DNA of 52,057 nucleotides, filler included, from Jimgerdemannia flammicorona (Eukaryota): NCBI GenBank assembly GCA_003990765.1. It is 2 parts of 2 records of this genome, joined end to end, with 100 filler letters (N's around TTAATTAATTAA, not from the genome) between each part and the next. Parts side by side here need not be neighbours in the genome. Positions count along the whole stretch, not along the records: positions 26,081 to 52,057 come from RBNJ01000771.1; 1 more part is not named here. One strand, 5' to 3'. Shown piece by piece: positions 52,041 to 52,057 of this stretch (position 1 is its first letter; each line of letters starts with the position of its first letter). The notes under the pieces were generated by a model. It saw only the letters and a program-made list of their open reading frames with translations, ran no database searches and was not told where the DNA came from. The position numbers and the translations under genes were made by a program.

Positions 52041-52057
52041 TTTTTTTATAATTTTTT

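Overview
Eukaryotic, intron-rich fungal DNA; gene content and style suggest an early-diverging Mucoromycota such as Endogonales (inference). The window is two contigs joined by an artificial 100-bp spacer (44N-TTAATTAATTAA-44N, 25981-26080), so linkage across it is not established. The left contig (1-25980) is an AT-rich, CpG-depleted accessory compartment. It holds transition-riddled pseudogenes (ankyrin, BTB/POZ, protein kinase, four Crinkler/CRN effector copies, two of them Ubl header + P-loop NTPase + PD-(D/E)XK nuclease), palindromic dispersed repeats, a probable LINE relic and three related LTR-like elements. Two of these are complete solo-LTR-like units with TG...CA ends and the same ATAC/GTAT target-site duplication; one carries an intact 331-aa ORF upstream of its TATA box. 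The right contig (26081-52057) is a compact island of intact genes: SZT2 (KICSTOR scaffold, about 3635 aa), a stand-alone tRNA-binding OB-fold protein, a coiled-coil protein with a CC1 box and a Spindly-like motif (candidate dynein adaptor), RPN1, ATG12 and a CDC34-type E2. RPN1 and the E2 share a CRE + PACE-like promoter module. All exon models were read by eye from GT-AG sites; no database searches were run.
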